Origin: Planctomycetota bacterium
GTDB lineage: Bacteria; Planctomycetota; UBA1135; UBA2386
Length of the DNA: 64,000 bases
Assembly: GCA_036274315.1 (NCBI GenBank)
Contig: DASUFY010000074.1
Coordinates: forward strand, 698 to 64,697
Direction: 5' to 3'
Shown here: positions 16,177-26,051 of the stretch, one piece after another
Layout of the letters: every line of letters begins with the position of its first letter
Numbering within the stretch: the stretch's first letter is position 1
Made by a program: the position numbers and the translations under genes
The notes under the pieces: model-generated
What the model saw: only the letters and a program-made list of their open reading frames with translations
Databases searched by the model: none
Told to the model about the DNA's origin: nothing

Positions 16177-17415
16177 ATGTCTCTCTTGCCGCGTCTTTGC
16201 AGGTTGGTGTCATCGATCGCCTTCGTGCTCGTGCTGTCCTTGCCGTTGTTGCAGACGGCGTTCGGGTTCGCGCCGACGTTTCGACTCAGCGGTGTCGTCC
16301 CCGCTGCCGAGGAAGCGCCGGTGTCGTTGGAGTCCTGGCACAGTGGCGCTCTGCAGGAATCCATCGAGGCGCAGATCGAGAAGAGTCTCGGCCTGCGAGA
16401 CTGGATGGTCCGGTTGGACAACCAGTGGAAGTTCTGGTTGCTCGGCGTCACCAAACGGCCGGTCGTCGCCGGACCGGGGGGCTGGCTCGTCGAAGACGGC
16501 TATCTGACGTCCCGCACGCACCTGCGGGGGAACCAGGGCACGAGCATCATCGGCAGCGTCTACGCGTTGACGCAGGCCCAGCTCGTGCTCGCCGAACATG
16601 GCGTGACGATGCTGTTGCTCGTGACGCCGAGCAAGACCGAGACGCTGCCGGAGCACCTGCCGCTGCCCTACCGCCTCGTCGACGAAGCCAACCACGTGCG
16701 GCACATCGACCTGCTGCGCGCGATCCTCGACAGCGGGTGTTGCAACCATCTCGACGCGCAGAGGCTGTTCGAGCAGTGGCGCGACAGCGAGCCCGACTTC
16801 GTGCTCTTCCCGCGGTCGGGTACCCATTGGAGCAACGTGGCTGCGGCGCGCGTGGCCGTCGACCTGCTCGACGAACTCGAACGACTGTCCGGCATCGACC
16901 TCGTCAACCTGGACCTGGCGCCGAGGGTGATGGGGAAGGGGCCCGCCGCGAGCGAAGACGACATGGCGGTGCTCGCCAACCTGGTCGACCACAGCTGCCT
17001 CCGCGACCCGATGCCTATTGCCCGCACGCAGCGTCGGCCCGGGGATCACGGCGCCGCGCAAGGCCTCCTGCTCGTGAGTTCGAGCTTCGCCTGGCGGCTC
17101 GCCGAAGCGATGCAGTCGCCGGACGTGGTTTCGCCGCTCACGGTCTACTACTACTTCAAGTCGGCGTACGACTATCGCGACGGGCGCGTCGGCGAGAAGC
17201 GTGCGATCGACTTCGACCCGGCCGCCCTGCGCGCCGAGATCCTCCGCTACCGCTTCGTGGTCGTCGAATGCAACGTGTCGAAGATCCCCGAGCTCGGGTT
17301 CGGCTTCCCGAAGGCCGTGCTCGAGGCGTTCGGGCCGCCGAAGACCGGGTTCCCGGTGATCGCACGGGACAAGCTGGACAGGATCCAGAGAATGTCGGTG
17401 CCGGGTCGCCGGTGA
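16177..17415 (+). CDS. AlgJ/AlgX-like SGNH-type O-acetylation partner protein (412 aa)
   Basis: ORF 16084..17415 was trimmed to ATG 16177 (MSLLPRLCRLVSSIAFVLVLSLPLL, a signal anchor). FPRSGTHWSNVAAARVA resembles the D/G-T-H-W block of AlgJ/AlgX proteins. The gene is divergently paired with the MBOAT gene (82-bp spacer), which is the usual partnership. Confidence 0.65.
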   Translation: MSLLPRLCRLVSSIAFVLVLSLPLLQTAFGFAPTFRLSGVVPAAEEAPVSLESWHSGALQESIEAQIEKSLGLRDWMVRLDNQWKFWLLGVTKRPVVAGPGGWLVEDGYLTSRTHLRGNQGTSIIGSVYALTQAQLVLAEHGVTMLLLVTPSKTETLPEHLPLPYRLVDEANHVRHIDLLRAILDSGCCNHLDAQRLFEQWRDSEPDFVLFPRSGTHWSNVAAARVAVDLLDELERLSGIDLVNLDLAPRVMGKGPAASEDDMAVLANLVDHSCLRDPMPIARTQRRPGDHGAAQGLLLVSSSFAWRLAEAMQSPDVVSPLTVYYYFKSAYDYRDGRVGEKRAIDFDPAALRAEILRYRFVVVECNVSKIPELGFGFPKAVLEAFGPPKTGFPVIARDKLDRIQRMSVPGRR

Positions 17416-17597
17416 GACGGTGGTGACATGGCGTCAGCCTGTGCGATCGCGCTGGCCGCGAAGCAACGGGCGGCGGCGATGGGCAACGGCGGATCGACGC
17501 ACCCGGGATCAACGCCCGAGCTGTTCGCGCGCGTGCGCCGCCGATTCCTGCTAGCCTCTCCGGCTCGCCCCCGATCACCCCTGACGCCCACTACCCC

Positions 17598-19832
17598 ATG
17601 CTCAGGAATTCGCTCGTTTTCGCAGTTCTCGCGGTGCCCGTGCTCGCCCAGGCCAACGCCGTGCCGGGCCTCGACATCCGCATGTACGAAGTCACCGACC
17701 TCGGCTACACCGGTCGCCGCGGCGCCGCCTACCCGAACGGCGAAGCCGGCTTCATGGTCGGCCATTCGTGGTGCAACGGCGGCACCGTCAACCTGCCGTG
17801 GATCTCGCAGAGCGGCGGCGTCATGGTCGACATGTACCCGCGCATCGCGTTCCTGCTGGCGCGCGAGAGCGGCGGGCGCATGGTCCAGATCTCGGGCCGC
17901 AGCTTCTGCAAGCACTCGCCGACCGCGTTCAACTTCTCGTCGGGCCCGTGCGCGCCGTGCACGAGCGGCGGCGGCTCGTTCTTCTTCGTCGGCTGCTCCG
18001 ACACGTACGGCAGCGGCATCAACCAGAGCCAGTACGCACTCGGGCCGACGGAGGAGATCGATCCGTGGCTCGGCACCTGGAACCCGCAGGGCAGCTACTT
18101 CGACCGCGGCGATCCGGCGGTCACCGGCCCCGCGGCGATGGACTCGGTGCGCTCGCTGACGTCGGCGCAGATCGCGGCGTTCGATGCGGTCAAGAACCGC
18201 ATGACCGTGCGCGAGCCCGAGCTGCTCGCGGGCGCGACCTACTACGGGCAGGTGCACGCGATGGTGCAGGGCGAGCCGGGCTCGGCGCGCGGCAACAACA
18301 CCGCGAACCGCGAGTTCTCGATCACGGGCACCGGCAGCGCTTGGTCGGCGGGAACGGTCGGCCCGACGATGATCGGCTCCGTGCTGACCCGCTGGTCGGG
18401 CGCGACGTGGGAGGTCGGCGGCAACGGCAACGACGACGGCCGCTTCCTGGTCGCGGCCAGGGTCACGGGCCCCACGGGCGGCATGTGGCACTACGAGTAC
18501 GCGATCCACAACCTCGACAACAACCGCGGCGGCGCGTCGTTCCGCATCCCGGTCGCGCCCGGCGCGATCGTGCAGAACCCGGGCTTCCGCGACCTCGACA
18601 CGGACCCGCTCGACGACTGGACCTTCTCGCAGTCGAGCACCGAGATCGCGTTCATGGCGGTCGGCACGAACTCGCTGCAGTGGAACACGATCTACAACTG
18701 CTGGTTCGACTGCTCGGTCGAACCCGGCGCCGGCTCGATGACGATCGACGAAGCGCTGCCGGGCCCCGGCGGCCTCAGTGTGATGGTCAGCAGCCACGTG
18801 CCGTCGGGGCTCGCGTTCGCCTACAAGAACGCGGTCGGTTCGTCGTGCGGCAACTGCACGGGCACGTTCTACGAGCTGTTCCCCAGCAGCGGCGCGTTCG
18901 ACCTCACGGGCCGTTCGATGACCGCGACGCTCGGCGGCGGCGCCTACACGGTCGTCGAGACCCCCGTGACGTTCCTGCCCGTGGCGGGCACGAACCTGAA
19001 CTTCGGTCTCAACACGCAGACCGTGGTCAACCTGCCGTTCTCGTTCCCGTACCCGGGCGGCACCACGACGCAGCTGCAGGTGCACTCGAGCGGTTTCGTC
19101 TCACCGGGCGCCCCGAACCTCGCGCAGGCGGTGGGATCGGCGTCGGCGCTGCTGCAGGGCAACCCGCGGTGGGCGCCGGCCTGGAGCCTCTACAACCCGT
19201 CGCCGGGATCGGGCAACAACGTGTACTTCGACGCCAACGCGAGCCGCGCGGTGCTGACGTGGAACAACATCGCCATGGTCAGCGGCTCGACGGGCTGCAG
19301 CTTCCAGATCCAGTTCTATCCGAACGGCACCGTCAGCGTGGTGTGGGGCAACATGGCCTCGTCGCTGTTCTCGGTGCTCGTCGGTTGGTCGCCCGGCGGC
19401 GGCCACGGTGATCCCGGCGGCCGCGACCTGTCGGCGACGCTGTCGACGCCGCTGAGTCTGTGCGCCAACCCGTTCGACGGCATGACGCTCGACAGCAGCG
19501 AGCTGCCGGTGCTCGGCACCACGCTGCAGTGGCAGCTCGGCGGCATCCCGGGCTCGACTCCTTGGGGCGCCCTGATGCGTTCGTTGCAGCAGGCGACGCC
19601 GCCGATCGACCTCACCGCGGCGGGCATGCCGGGCTGCTTCGCGCACGTCATCGACCCGATCGCGACCGTGTTCGTCTCGCCGGGCGCGAGCCATCAGCTG
19701 GCCGAGTCGATCCCGAACATCACCGGGCTGATCGGTCTGACGCTCGTCGGCCAGGCGGTGGTCTACGATCCACCGCTGACCCCGCTGGGCCTCGTGGCGT
19801 CCAACGGCCTCGTGCTCACGCTCGGGCTGTAG
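17598..19832 (+). CDS. secreted Cys-rich protein (744 aa) with the recurrent C-terminal module
   Basis: The signal is MLRNSLVFAVLAVPVLAQANA. The N-terminal roughly 600 aa have no recognised family (…GHSWCNGGTVNLPW…, …GPCAPCTSGGGSFFFVGCSDTYGSG…). The tail is LSLCANPFDG...IDLTAAGMPGCFAHV...LVGQAVVYDPPLTPLGLVASNGLVLTLGL. Confidence 0.85.
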   Translation: MLRNSLVFAVLAVPVLAQANAVPGLDIRMYEVTDLGYTGRRGAAYPNGEAGFMVGHSWCNGGTVNLPWISQSGGVMVDMYPRIAFLLARESGGRMVQISGRSFCKHSPTAFNFSSGPCAPCTSGGGSFFFVGCSDTYGSGINQSQYALGPTEEIDPWLGTWNPQGSYFDRGDPAVTGPAAMDSVRSLTSAQIAAFDAVKNRMTVREPELLAGATYYGQVHAMVQGEPGSARGNNTANREFSITGTGSAWSAGTVGPTMIGSVLTRWSGATWEVGGNGNDDGRFLVAARVTGPTGGMWHYEYAIHNLDNNRGGASFRIPVAPGAIVQNPGFRDLDTDPLDDWTFSQSSTEIAFMAVGTNSLQWNTIYNCWFDCSVEPGAGSMTIDEALPGPGGLSVMVSSHVPSGLAFAYKNAVGSSCGNCTGTFYELFPSSGAFDLTGRSMTATLGGGAYTVVETPVTFLPVAGTNLNFGLNTQTVVNLPFSFPYPGGTTTQLQVHSSGFVSPGAPNLAQAVGSASALLQGNPRWAPAWSLYNPSPGSGNNVYFDANASRAVLTWNNIAMVSGSTGCSFQIQFYPNGTVSVVWGNMASSLFSVLVGWSPGGGHGDPGGRDLSATLSTPLSLCANPFDGMTLDSSELPVLGTTLQWQLGGIPGSTPWGALMRSLQQATPPIDLTAAGMPGCFAHVIDPIATVFVSPGASHQLAESIPNITGLIGLTLVGQAVVYDPPLTPLGLVASNGLVLTLGL

Positions 19833-20100
19833 GCGGCAGGGGGCCGGCGCCGCGATTCCAGGTCGATGCTCGTCCCGTGCGTGCTCGCCGCCGCGGCGCT
19901 CGCGCAGCAAGCCCCCACCGACCACACCGACGTGCTGAGCGAATGGATCGAGAGCCGGGGGTTCGAACGGTGGTCCCGTTCGCCGGCTGCGTCCGCCGCA
20001 GCACTGGCCGCCGCGCCGAACACTGACCGGCAGTGCCCGTCGAGCCATGGGTTTCGAAGGCGATTGTCATGCTCGCGGCTCGCCGCTCCCGGCCGACCCG

Positions 20101-23064
20101 TCAAAGCTCGACCACGATCGGCTCGGCCAGTTCGCCGGCGAACACCACGCGCCGCCGCCGCCGCGCCTCACCGCGTTCGAGTTCTTCGCGCGTGCCGACC
20201 CGCAGTTCCCACGTGCCGATCGGGACGTTGCTCAGGGCGAAGTAGCCGGGGCTGCTCGCCGCCAGCACCGTCTCCCAGACGTCGTCGTGATCCGGCGCGC
20301 TGATCATCAGCAGTCGACCGCCGTCGTCGGCCAGCGCGACGCAGGCCGCGAAGTGCTCGGAGTGCTCGCCGAACCGGATGCGGCCGCGACACGTCGCTGT
20401 GTTCGACAGCGTGAGCGGCAGTTCGACCTCGTCGCCGGCGACCGTCACCGGTCCTGTCGTGACGCGCGAGAGCGGCTCGCCGTCTGGCCCACGTGCGCTG
20501 ACGGAGATCCAGGCGGGGCCGCGGTCGAGCAGCAGTTCGACGACGCCGCGCGCATCGGCGTCGGTGCGCGGCGATCGGCGGTGCACCTCGAGGCGCCAGA
20601 TCCCTTCGGGGCGCCGGATGCGCTGGGGCACGGGCAGCGTGCACAGCGCGTGCAGTGCCGCGTGCGACCAGGCGGTGGTCGGGCCGAGCGCGGGCCACGC
20701 CGGGTCGACGCCGTCGTCGGCTTCGAGGTGGCCGACGCGAACTTCGACCTCGCCGATCGCCGTCGCCGAAGCACTCGCGAGGAGTCGCAACCGGGTGCGC
20801 TTCGCCGGCTCGAGCACCACTTCGATCGGCTCGCCGGGGCGAACGTCGTCCCGGACCGCCGTGGTGAAGCCGTCGCCGGCGACTTCGAGCCTCTGCACCG
20901 CGCCGGCGATGCTCGGCACACGGAACGCGCCGTGCTCGTCGGTCCGCCACGCTCCGCTGTGCTCGATCCAGTCGCCTTCCCCCGGGAACCTGAGCAGGCG
21001 ACGGACCTGCGCCGCGACGGCACGCCCGCTCGCATCGTGCACGCGACCGACGAGGCTCTGTGCCGGCGCGAGCCGGAGCTCGACGAACATCGGCTCCGCA
21101 CCATCGATCTGCAACCGCCGCACCGCGCGGGGTCCCTCGCTGTCTCCCGACTTGCGGGCGGTGATCAGCAGGAGCTGGTCCCTCCAGGCTCCGGACAGCG
21201 GCAGCTCGAATCGGCCAGACGCATCCGTGGTCGCCATGCGGATCGACTCGAGGTACCCGCCGTGCACCATCTCGAACCAGAGGTCGGCGCCGCTCGCCGA
21301 CTGCCCGTCGGGGTCGACGACGGTCACGTGCACTGAGAGGTCGGTGCCGAGCACGAGGCGCAAACGCCGTCGCTCGCCGGCGCCGACCGAGATCGGTCGC
21401 CCGGTCGGGGATCCCGGCGCCACGCCCTGCCCGTCCTGTTCGTGCACGAACATGCTCTCACCGGCCAGCAGCACGAGGTCCAACCCGGCGGGAACGCACA
21501 GCGTCGCGGCGCCCTGCGCAGTCGGCGCCCTCGCGAGCAGCGGCGTGCGCGGCCTGCAGTCCGTGGCCGCGAACAGACCGGTCTCGGTGCTGCCGACCGC
21601 CACGCCGACTCCGTCGACGTGGAGCGCGGGTCGGCCCGAGGCATCGACGATCTCGACGGTCAGGGTGCCGGCCGGTGCCAGCAGGATGCGCGCCGGCTGC
21701 CAGCCGCCGCGCGGCAGCGCACGAAGCTCGGACGTCCCGACCTGGATGAAGCCCTCGCGCTCGGCCGCCAGCCACGACCCGGCGTCGGCCGTCGCGAACA
21801 CGAAGTGTCCGTCCTGGTCGGCGGAGGTCTCGATCGCGACGCGCTCTCCGTCCTGCCGATGGGTGAGCGTGACACGGGCGCCAGCGACCGCGGTGCCCGA
21901 GGGTTCGGTCACGATGCCCTCGAGTCGACCCTGTGGATAGCGGGTCAGCACGAGCTGTTCGGGTGGTCGGTCCACGCCCTTCGCGGCGGACCAACGCGCG
22001 GCGCGCAGGACCTCGGTGCCGTCCGCCTTGGCCGCGACGAGCACGGCGTCGTCAGGCAGTTCGATCTGGAAGTGCCCCTGCGCGTCCGTCGTGACCTCGA
22101 CCTCGACCGTGCTCGCGGTGGGCACGGTGAGCACTTCCGGGGTCTTCGCGTCTGCTGCGCGCGCGGCGCCGTGCGAACTCGCGGACCCGCCCGGTTGCCG
22201 CAGCCGGCAGCGCACGGTGACGTTCGCCGCTGGCTGGCCGTGGCCCGGTGCCGCGCCGATCGCGGCGTCTTCGACGAGGCCGTGCACGAGCGTCGCCGGC
22301 GATGCGGTTGCGAGCGGATCGCGCTGCACGCGCGGGTCGACCGTCGTTCGTGAGAGCGCGGTGCCGCGGCTGGCGGTGGTCGACTGCGCCGGGGCCGGGT
22401 CGTTCGCGTGCCAGGACAGCGACGTGACCGCGACGGTGGTGATGAGCACGAGGCCGGCCGCGTTGCGCAGCAGGCGCAACACCGGCGCGCGTGTCGTCAC
22501 CGCACCAGCGCCCGGCGGCATGCCGAGCGTGCCCGGGTCGAGTCCGCCGATCGCGCAGAGCGCGGGCAGCCAGTTCTGCCGGCCTGCCGGATGGTCAGCG
22601 TCGAGGCGTTCGCGGAGTCGGGCCAGCGCGCGGGCCAGGCGCGTCTTGACCGTGCCGAGCGGGACGTCGAGTCGCGCCGCGATCTGCTGCGGCTTCAGGT
22701 TCTCGTAGTAACGCAGGAAGATGGCGTCGCGACCGGGGGCGTCGAGCGCCTCGACGTGCTGCAGCAGGCGGCGCGCGACGTCGAGTTTGACGGCGACGTC
22801 GGCGGTGTCGGCGGAGATGGGGGCACGCGCGGCGGTGCGCTCGCGGGCGCGCCGGCGCGTGCCGGTGCGCATGTGGCGCGCGGCGCGCTTGCGCAGCACG
22901 GCAGCCAACCACGGGACGAGGCCGTGGGGGCGCGGGGCGCCGGTCAGCGCGGCGACGCAGGTCTCCTGGACGAGGTCGTCGGCGGTGTGCTCGTCGGTGG
23001 CGAGGCGGCGGGCCAGGGCGCGCAGGAACGGGGCGTGGGCGGTGAACTCGGCTTCGAACGTCAT
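20101..23064 (-). CDS. ECF sigma-70 domain fused to a TM helix and a roughly 750-aa repeat ectodomain (987 aa); same architecture as 4143..7283
   Basis: ORF 20101..23445 was trimmed to ATG 23064 (MTFEAEFTAHAPFL). Region 2 is ADDLVQETCVAAL. Region 4 is KPQQIAARLDVPLGTVKTRLARALARLRERL. The TM segment is AAGLVLITTVAVTSLSW. Repeats follow, such as LEGIVTEPSGTAVAGARVTL...DQDGHFVF, VHVTVVDPDGQSASGADLWF...DASGRFELPL and LVGRVHDASGRAVAAQV...DEHGAFRVPS. Confidence 0.85.
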   Translation of the reverse strand: MTFEAEFTAHAPFLRALARRLATDEHTADDLVQETCVAALTGAPRPHGLVPWLAAVLRKRAARHMRTGTRRRARERTAARAPISADTADVAVKLDVARRLLQHVEALDAPGRDAIFLRYYENLKPQQIAARLDVPLGTVKTRLARALARLRERLDADHPAGRQNWLPALCAIGGLDPGTLGMPPGAGAVTTRAPVLRLLRNAAGLVLITTVAVTSLSWHANDPAPAQSTTASRGTALSRTTVDPRVQRDPLATASPATLVHGLVEDAAIGAAPGHGQPAANVTVRCRLRQPGGSASSHGAARAADAKTPEVLTVPTASTVEVEVTTDAQGHFQIELPDDAVLVAAKADGTEVLRAARWSAAKGVDRPPEQLVLTRYPQGRLEGIVTEPSGTAVAGARVTLTHRQDGERVAIETSADQDGHFVFATADAGSWLAAEREGFIQVGTSELRALPRGGWQPARILLAPAGTLTVEIVDASGRPALHVDGVGVAVGSTETGLFAATDCRPRTPLLARAPTAQGAATLCVPAGLDLVLLAGESMFVHEQDGQGVAPGSPTGRPISVGAGERRRLRLVLGTDLSVHVTVVDPDGQSASGADLWFEMVHGGYLESIRMATTDASGRFELPLSGAWRDQLLLITARKSGDSEGPRAVRRLQIDGAEPMFVELRLAPAQSLVGRVHDASGRAVAAQVRRLLRFPGEGDWIEHSGAWRTDEHGAFRVPSIAGAVQRLEVAGDGFTTAVRDDVRPGEPIEVVLEPAKRTRLRLLASASATAIGEVEVRVGHLEADDGVDPAWPALGPTTAWSHAALHALCTLPVPQRIRRPEGIWRLEVHRRSPRTDADARGVVELLLDRGPAWISVSARGPDGEPLSRVTTGPVTVAGDEVELPLTLSNTATCRGRIRFGEHSEHFAACVALADDGGRLLMISAPDHDDVWETVLAASSPGYFALSNVPIGTWELRVGTREELERGEARRRRRVVFAGELAEPIVVEL

Positions 23065-23333
23065 GGCGGATCGCGCGGGTCTCGGTGTACCCGTTCTGTT
23101 CCCGCGGTGCCGAAAGCGATGTCCGGGCGCGTGGAAACTTCGTGCGCGCGACGTGCGGTCCCATCGCCGAACTCGTGTAACGGCGGACGCGTTGCGCGGC
23201 TTGCTCGGCAGGTCCACCCGGAATCCGAACCACCGCGTCCGTGCCTTCGGCTGCCGCCTTCCGGCGCACGCCGGAGCTCCGGCCCCGTGTACGCCCGCGG
23301 CGCGGCGCCGCGCAGCCCGATACCATCCTCCCG

Positions 23334-26051
23334 ATGTCCGCCTCCCCTGCCGATCAGGACGACGTGCGCACGTTGCTCGAGCAGTGCGTGACGGCGTGGC
23401 ACGAGCAGGGGCCGCGCGCTGCCGAAGCGTTGCTCGAGCAGGCACCGGAGCTCGCGTCGCCCGTGCGCGACGGCCTCGCCGCGCTCGCGCGTGCAGGGCT
23501 GCTCGACGCCGAGGACGCGCCCGAGCTGCCCGAACGCATCGGTGGCTATCGGGTGCTGGCGTTGCTCGGCCGCGGCGGCATGGGTGCCGTGTTCCACGCG
23601 CGCGACGACGCCGCCGGGCGCGACGTCGCGGTAAAGGTCGTGCACCCGCAGCTGCTGTGGTACGGGCGGGCGCGCGAACGCTTCGAACGCGAGATCCGGG
23701 CGCTGGCGCGACTGCGACACCGCGGCGCCGTGCCCGTGTTCCACTTCGGCGACGACGCCGGCGTGCCGTACTTCGTGATGGAGTACGTGCCGGGCCGATC
23801 GCTCGCCCAGGTGCTCGCCGGGTTGTCCGGACGGGCTCCGGGCAGCCTGCGCGGCGCCGACCTGCACGACGGAGCCGACGCGGCGCAGCCGTGGTGGCGC
23901 GCCGTCGTCGGCGTGATGCTGCAGGTCGCCGACACGCTGCACCACGCGCATCAGCTCGGCATCGTGCACCGCGACGTCAAGCCGTCGAACGTGCTCGTGA
24001 CGTCTTCGGGTGAAGCGCGCCTCGTCGACTTCGGGCTCGCGCGCGTCGACGGCGACCCCTCGCTGACGCGCCTGCCGACGACGATCGGTTCGGAACCGTA
24101 CCTCGCGCCCGAACAGTGCACCGAGCACGGTGGCCGCGCCGACGCACGCAGCGACGTGTTCTCGCTCGGCGCGACGTTGTACGAGGCGCTGACCCTGCGC
24201 CCGCCGTTCGGCACCGGCGGGCCGCGCACGCGCGAGCGCATCCTCGCCGGCGACCACGTGCCGCTGCGCAGCGCCGTGCCCGGGTTGGCGCGCGACCTCG
24301 CCGCGGTCGTCGCGGTGGCGATCGACCCGGAGCCGGCGCGCCGGCACGCGACCGCGGGCGCGTTCGCCGACGACCTGCGCGCGGTGCTGGCGGGCCGCCC
24401 GGTCGCAGCGCGACCGATCGGATGGTGCGCACGGCTGCTGCGTCTCGCGCTGCGGCACCGCATCGCTTCGGCCGCGGTCGTGACGGCACTGCTGCTCGTG
24501 GTCGCGGCGCCGACCGCCTTCGCGTGGCAGCAGTACGAGTCGTCGCGGCAGACGCAGGCCGCATTGCAGCGCGCGGTACAGAACCGCGACCGGGCGCTCG
24601 AGGCGATCGACCGCCTGTTGGCCCGCGTCGCGCAAGAACGGCTGTTCGACCTGCCCGAGGCCGAAGGTGCGCGCCGGCGGCTGCTGCTCGACGCGATCGA
24701 GGTCCAGGAGGCGATGTTGCGGGAGTCGCCCGACGACGCGCAGGTCGTGTTGGACGTCGCGGTCGGCAAGCGACGGCTCAGCGAGTTGCACGGTTGGCTC
24801 GGCGACGAGCCTGCCGCGGCGCGCTGCATCGACGAGGCGCTGGTGCTGCTGCGCGGCACGCCCGGCATGTCGGCGATCGAACTCGCGCGCGCGCTGGCGA
24901 TCCACTCGCGCGGCAACGTCACGCGCGGCGACACGGCGGGGGCCGAGGCCGACCTGCGCGAGGCGCTCGGGGCGCTCGAGCGCGAACGCTCGGCGCCGGC
25001 CGCGGCGGACCGCAGCGCGCGGCTCGAGCGCACGATCGCCGAACGTCGCATCGACCTGGCGATCGTCGAGGGCATGCGTGGCAAGGTCGCCGATGCCGAA
25101 CGTGGCCTCGCCGAGGCTCTCGCGACGTTGCGCGCGCTGCCCGAGAACCGCAACACGCTGCAGGCGGTGGGTCGCGCGCTGCTCCAGGGCGCGCTGCCTG
25201 CCGTGCAACGCAACGACAATCAGCTCGCCGCGAGCCTGGCGGCCGGCGCATTCGACGCCTACGGCCGGGCGCTGGAGCTCGATCCGGGCGACTGGGAGCT
25301 GCGCGCGCTGCAGGCACACGCGCAGACCGACCTGGCGAAGATCTGCCATGCCTCGGGCGATGCGGCGCGCGGACTCGAACACGGCGAAGCCGCGCATGCG
25401 ACGCTGGTGACGCTGCACGCCGCACACCCGCAGGTCGCCTGGCTCACGCACCAACTCGCCCAGTGCGGCCTCGCGCTCGCCGACGCCTACCAGGACCACG
25501 GGCGCGAACAGGACGCCCGCGTCGCGCTCGACGACTCGATCGGCATGTTGCGCGAGCTGCTGCGCGCCGAGCCGCGCAAGGTGCAGCTGCGGGAGTCGCT
25601 GGGCCTGGCGCTCGGCATGCGTTCGCTGCTGACGACGTACGTGCACGAGGCGCAGCCGCTGCTCGACGAGGCGCAGCAGTTGTTCGAGGACCTGCAGCGC
25701 GAGGACGCGGGCAACGCGCTGGCCTGGCGCCAGCTCGTGGTCGTCTACGCGAGCCAGGCGAGCCTGCGGCGCACCGCCGAGGACCTCGAGGGCGAGGCGA
25801 AGTGGCTCGACGACGCGATCGCAACGACGCGGCCGTGGGTCGAGAGCAACGTCGCGCCGGCGACCGAGATCCTCGCCGCGCTCTTGCTCGACCGGGCCGA
25901 CTGCGCCGCGCGCGGCGCCGATGCCGAGCTCGCCCGCGAGTTCGTGCGCGAGTCGCTGGCGCTGCGCCGGGCCGGGCGCTCGCAGCTCCAACGGCGTCCC
26001 GGTCTCGCACCGCTGCTGGCGACGCCGGCGTTCGCGGAGCTGCTGAAATGA
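23334..26051 (+). CDS. Ser/Thr protein kinase, single TM, with a long helical-repeat (TPR-like) C-terminal domain (905 aa)
   Basis: ORF 23241..26051 was trimmed to ATG 23334. Kinase motifs are GRGGMGAVF, VAVKVV, HRDVKPSNVLV, DFGLAR and APEQ. The TM segment is IASAAVVTALLLVVAAPTAFA. About 480 aa of Ala/Leu/Arg-rich helical repeats follow. Confidence 0.9.
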   Translation: MSASPADQDDVRTLLEQCVTAWHEQGPRAAEALLEQAPELASPVRDGLAALARAGLLDAEDAPELPERIGGYRVLALLGRGGMGAVFHARDDAAGRDVAVKVVHPQLLWYGRARERFEREIRALARLRHRGAVPVFHFGDDAGVPYFVMEYVPGRSLAQVLAGLSGRAPGSLRGADLHDGADAAQPWWRAVVGVMLQVADTLHHAHQLGIVHRDVKPSNVLVTSSGEARLVDFGLARVDGDPSLTRLPTTIGSEPYLAPEQCTEHGGRADARSDVFSLGATLYEALTLRPPFGTGGPRTRERILAGDHVPLRSAVPGLARDLAAVVAVAIDPEPARRHATAGAFADDLRAVLAGRPVAARPIGWCARLLRLALRHRIASAAVVTALLLVVAAPTAFAWQQYESSRQTQAALQRAVQNRDRALEAIDRLLARVAQERLFDLPEAEGARRRLLLDAIEVQEAMLRESPDDAQVVLDVAVGKRRLSELHGWLGDEPAAARCIDEALVLLRGTPGMSAIELARALAIHSRGNVTRGDTAGAEADLREALGALERERSAPAAADRSARLERTIAERRIDLAIVEGMRGKVADAERGLAEALATLRALPENRNTLQAVGRALLQGALPAVQRNDNQLAASLAAGAFDAYGRALELDPGDWELRALQAHAQTDLAKICHASGDAARGLEHGEAAHATLVTLHAAHPQVAWLTHQLAQCGLALADAYQDHGREQDARVALDDSIGMLRELLRAEPRKVQLRESLGLALGMRSLLTTYVHEAQPLLDEAQQLFEDLQREDAGNALAWRQLVVVYASQASLRRTAEDLEGEAKWLDDAIATTRPWVESNVAPATEILAALLLDRADCAARGADAELAREFVRESLALRRAGRSQLQRRPGLAPLLATPAFAELLK

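Noticed and set aside
19950-19990. A tRNA-like T-loop string GGTTCGAA in the 268-bp intergenic region after 19832.
   Set aside because: The flanking bases do not form a T-stem, and no acceptor or anticodon arms can be drawn. It is an isolated chance match.
19866-20303. ORF with a signal-peptide-like start (MLVPCVLAAAALAQQAPTDHTDVLSEWIESRGF...).
   Set aside because: After about 35 residues the translation becomes Arg/Pro/Ser-rich nonsense and overlaps the 3' end of the convergent sigma-fusion gene. At most it is another short relic, and support is insufficient to list it as a feature.
23133-23160. An ECF-type promoter-like string GGAAAC-N17-CGGTC upstream of the kinase/sigma operon.
   Set aside because: It is a single occurrence with non-canonical -10 and spacing. 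I found no matching copies upstream of the other sigma or module genes by eye. It needs motif discovery and TSS data.
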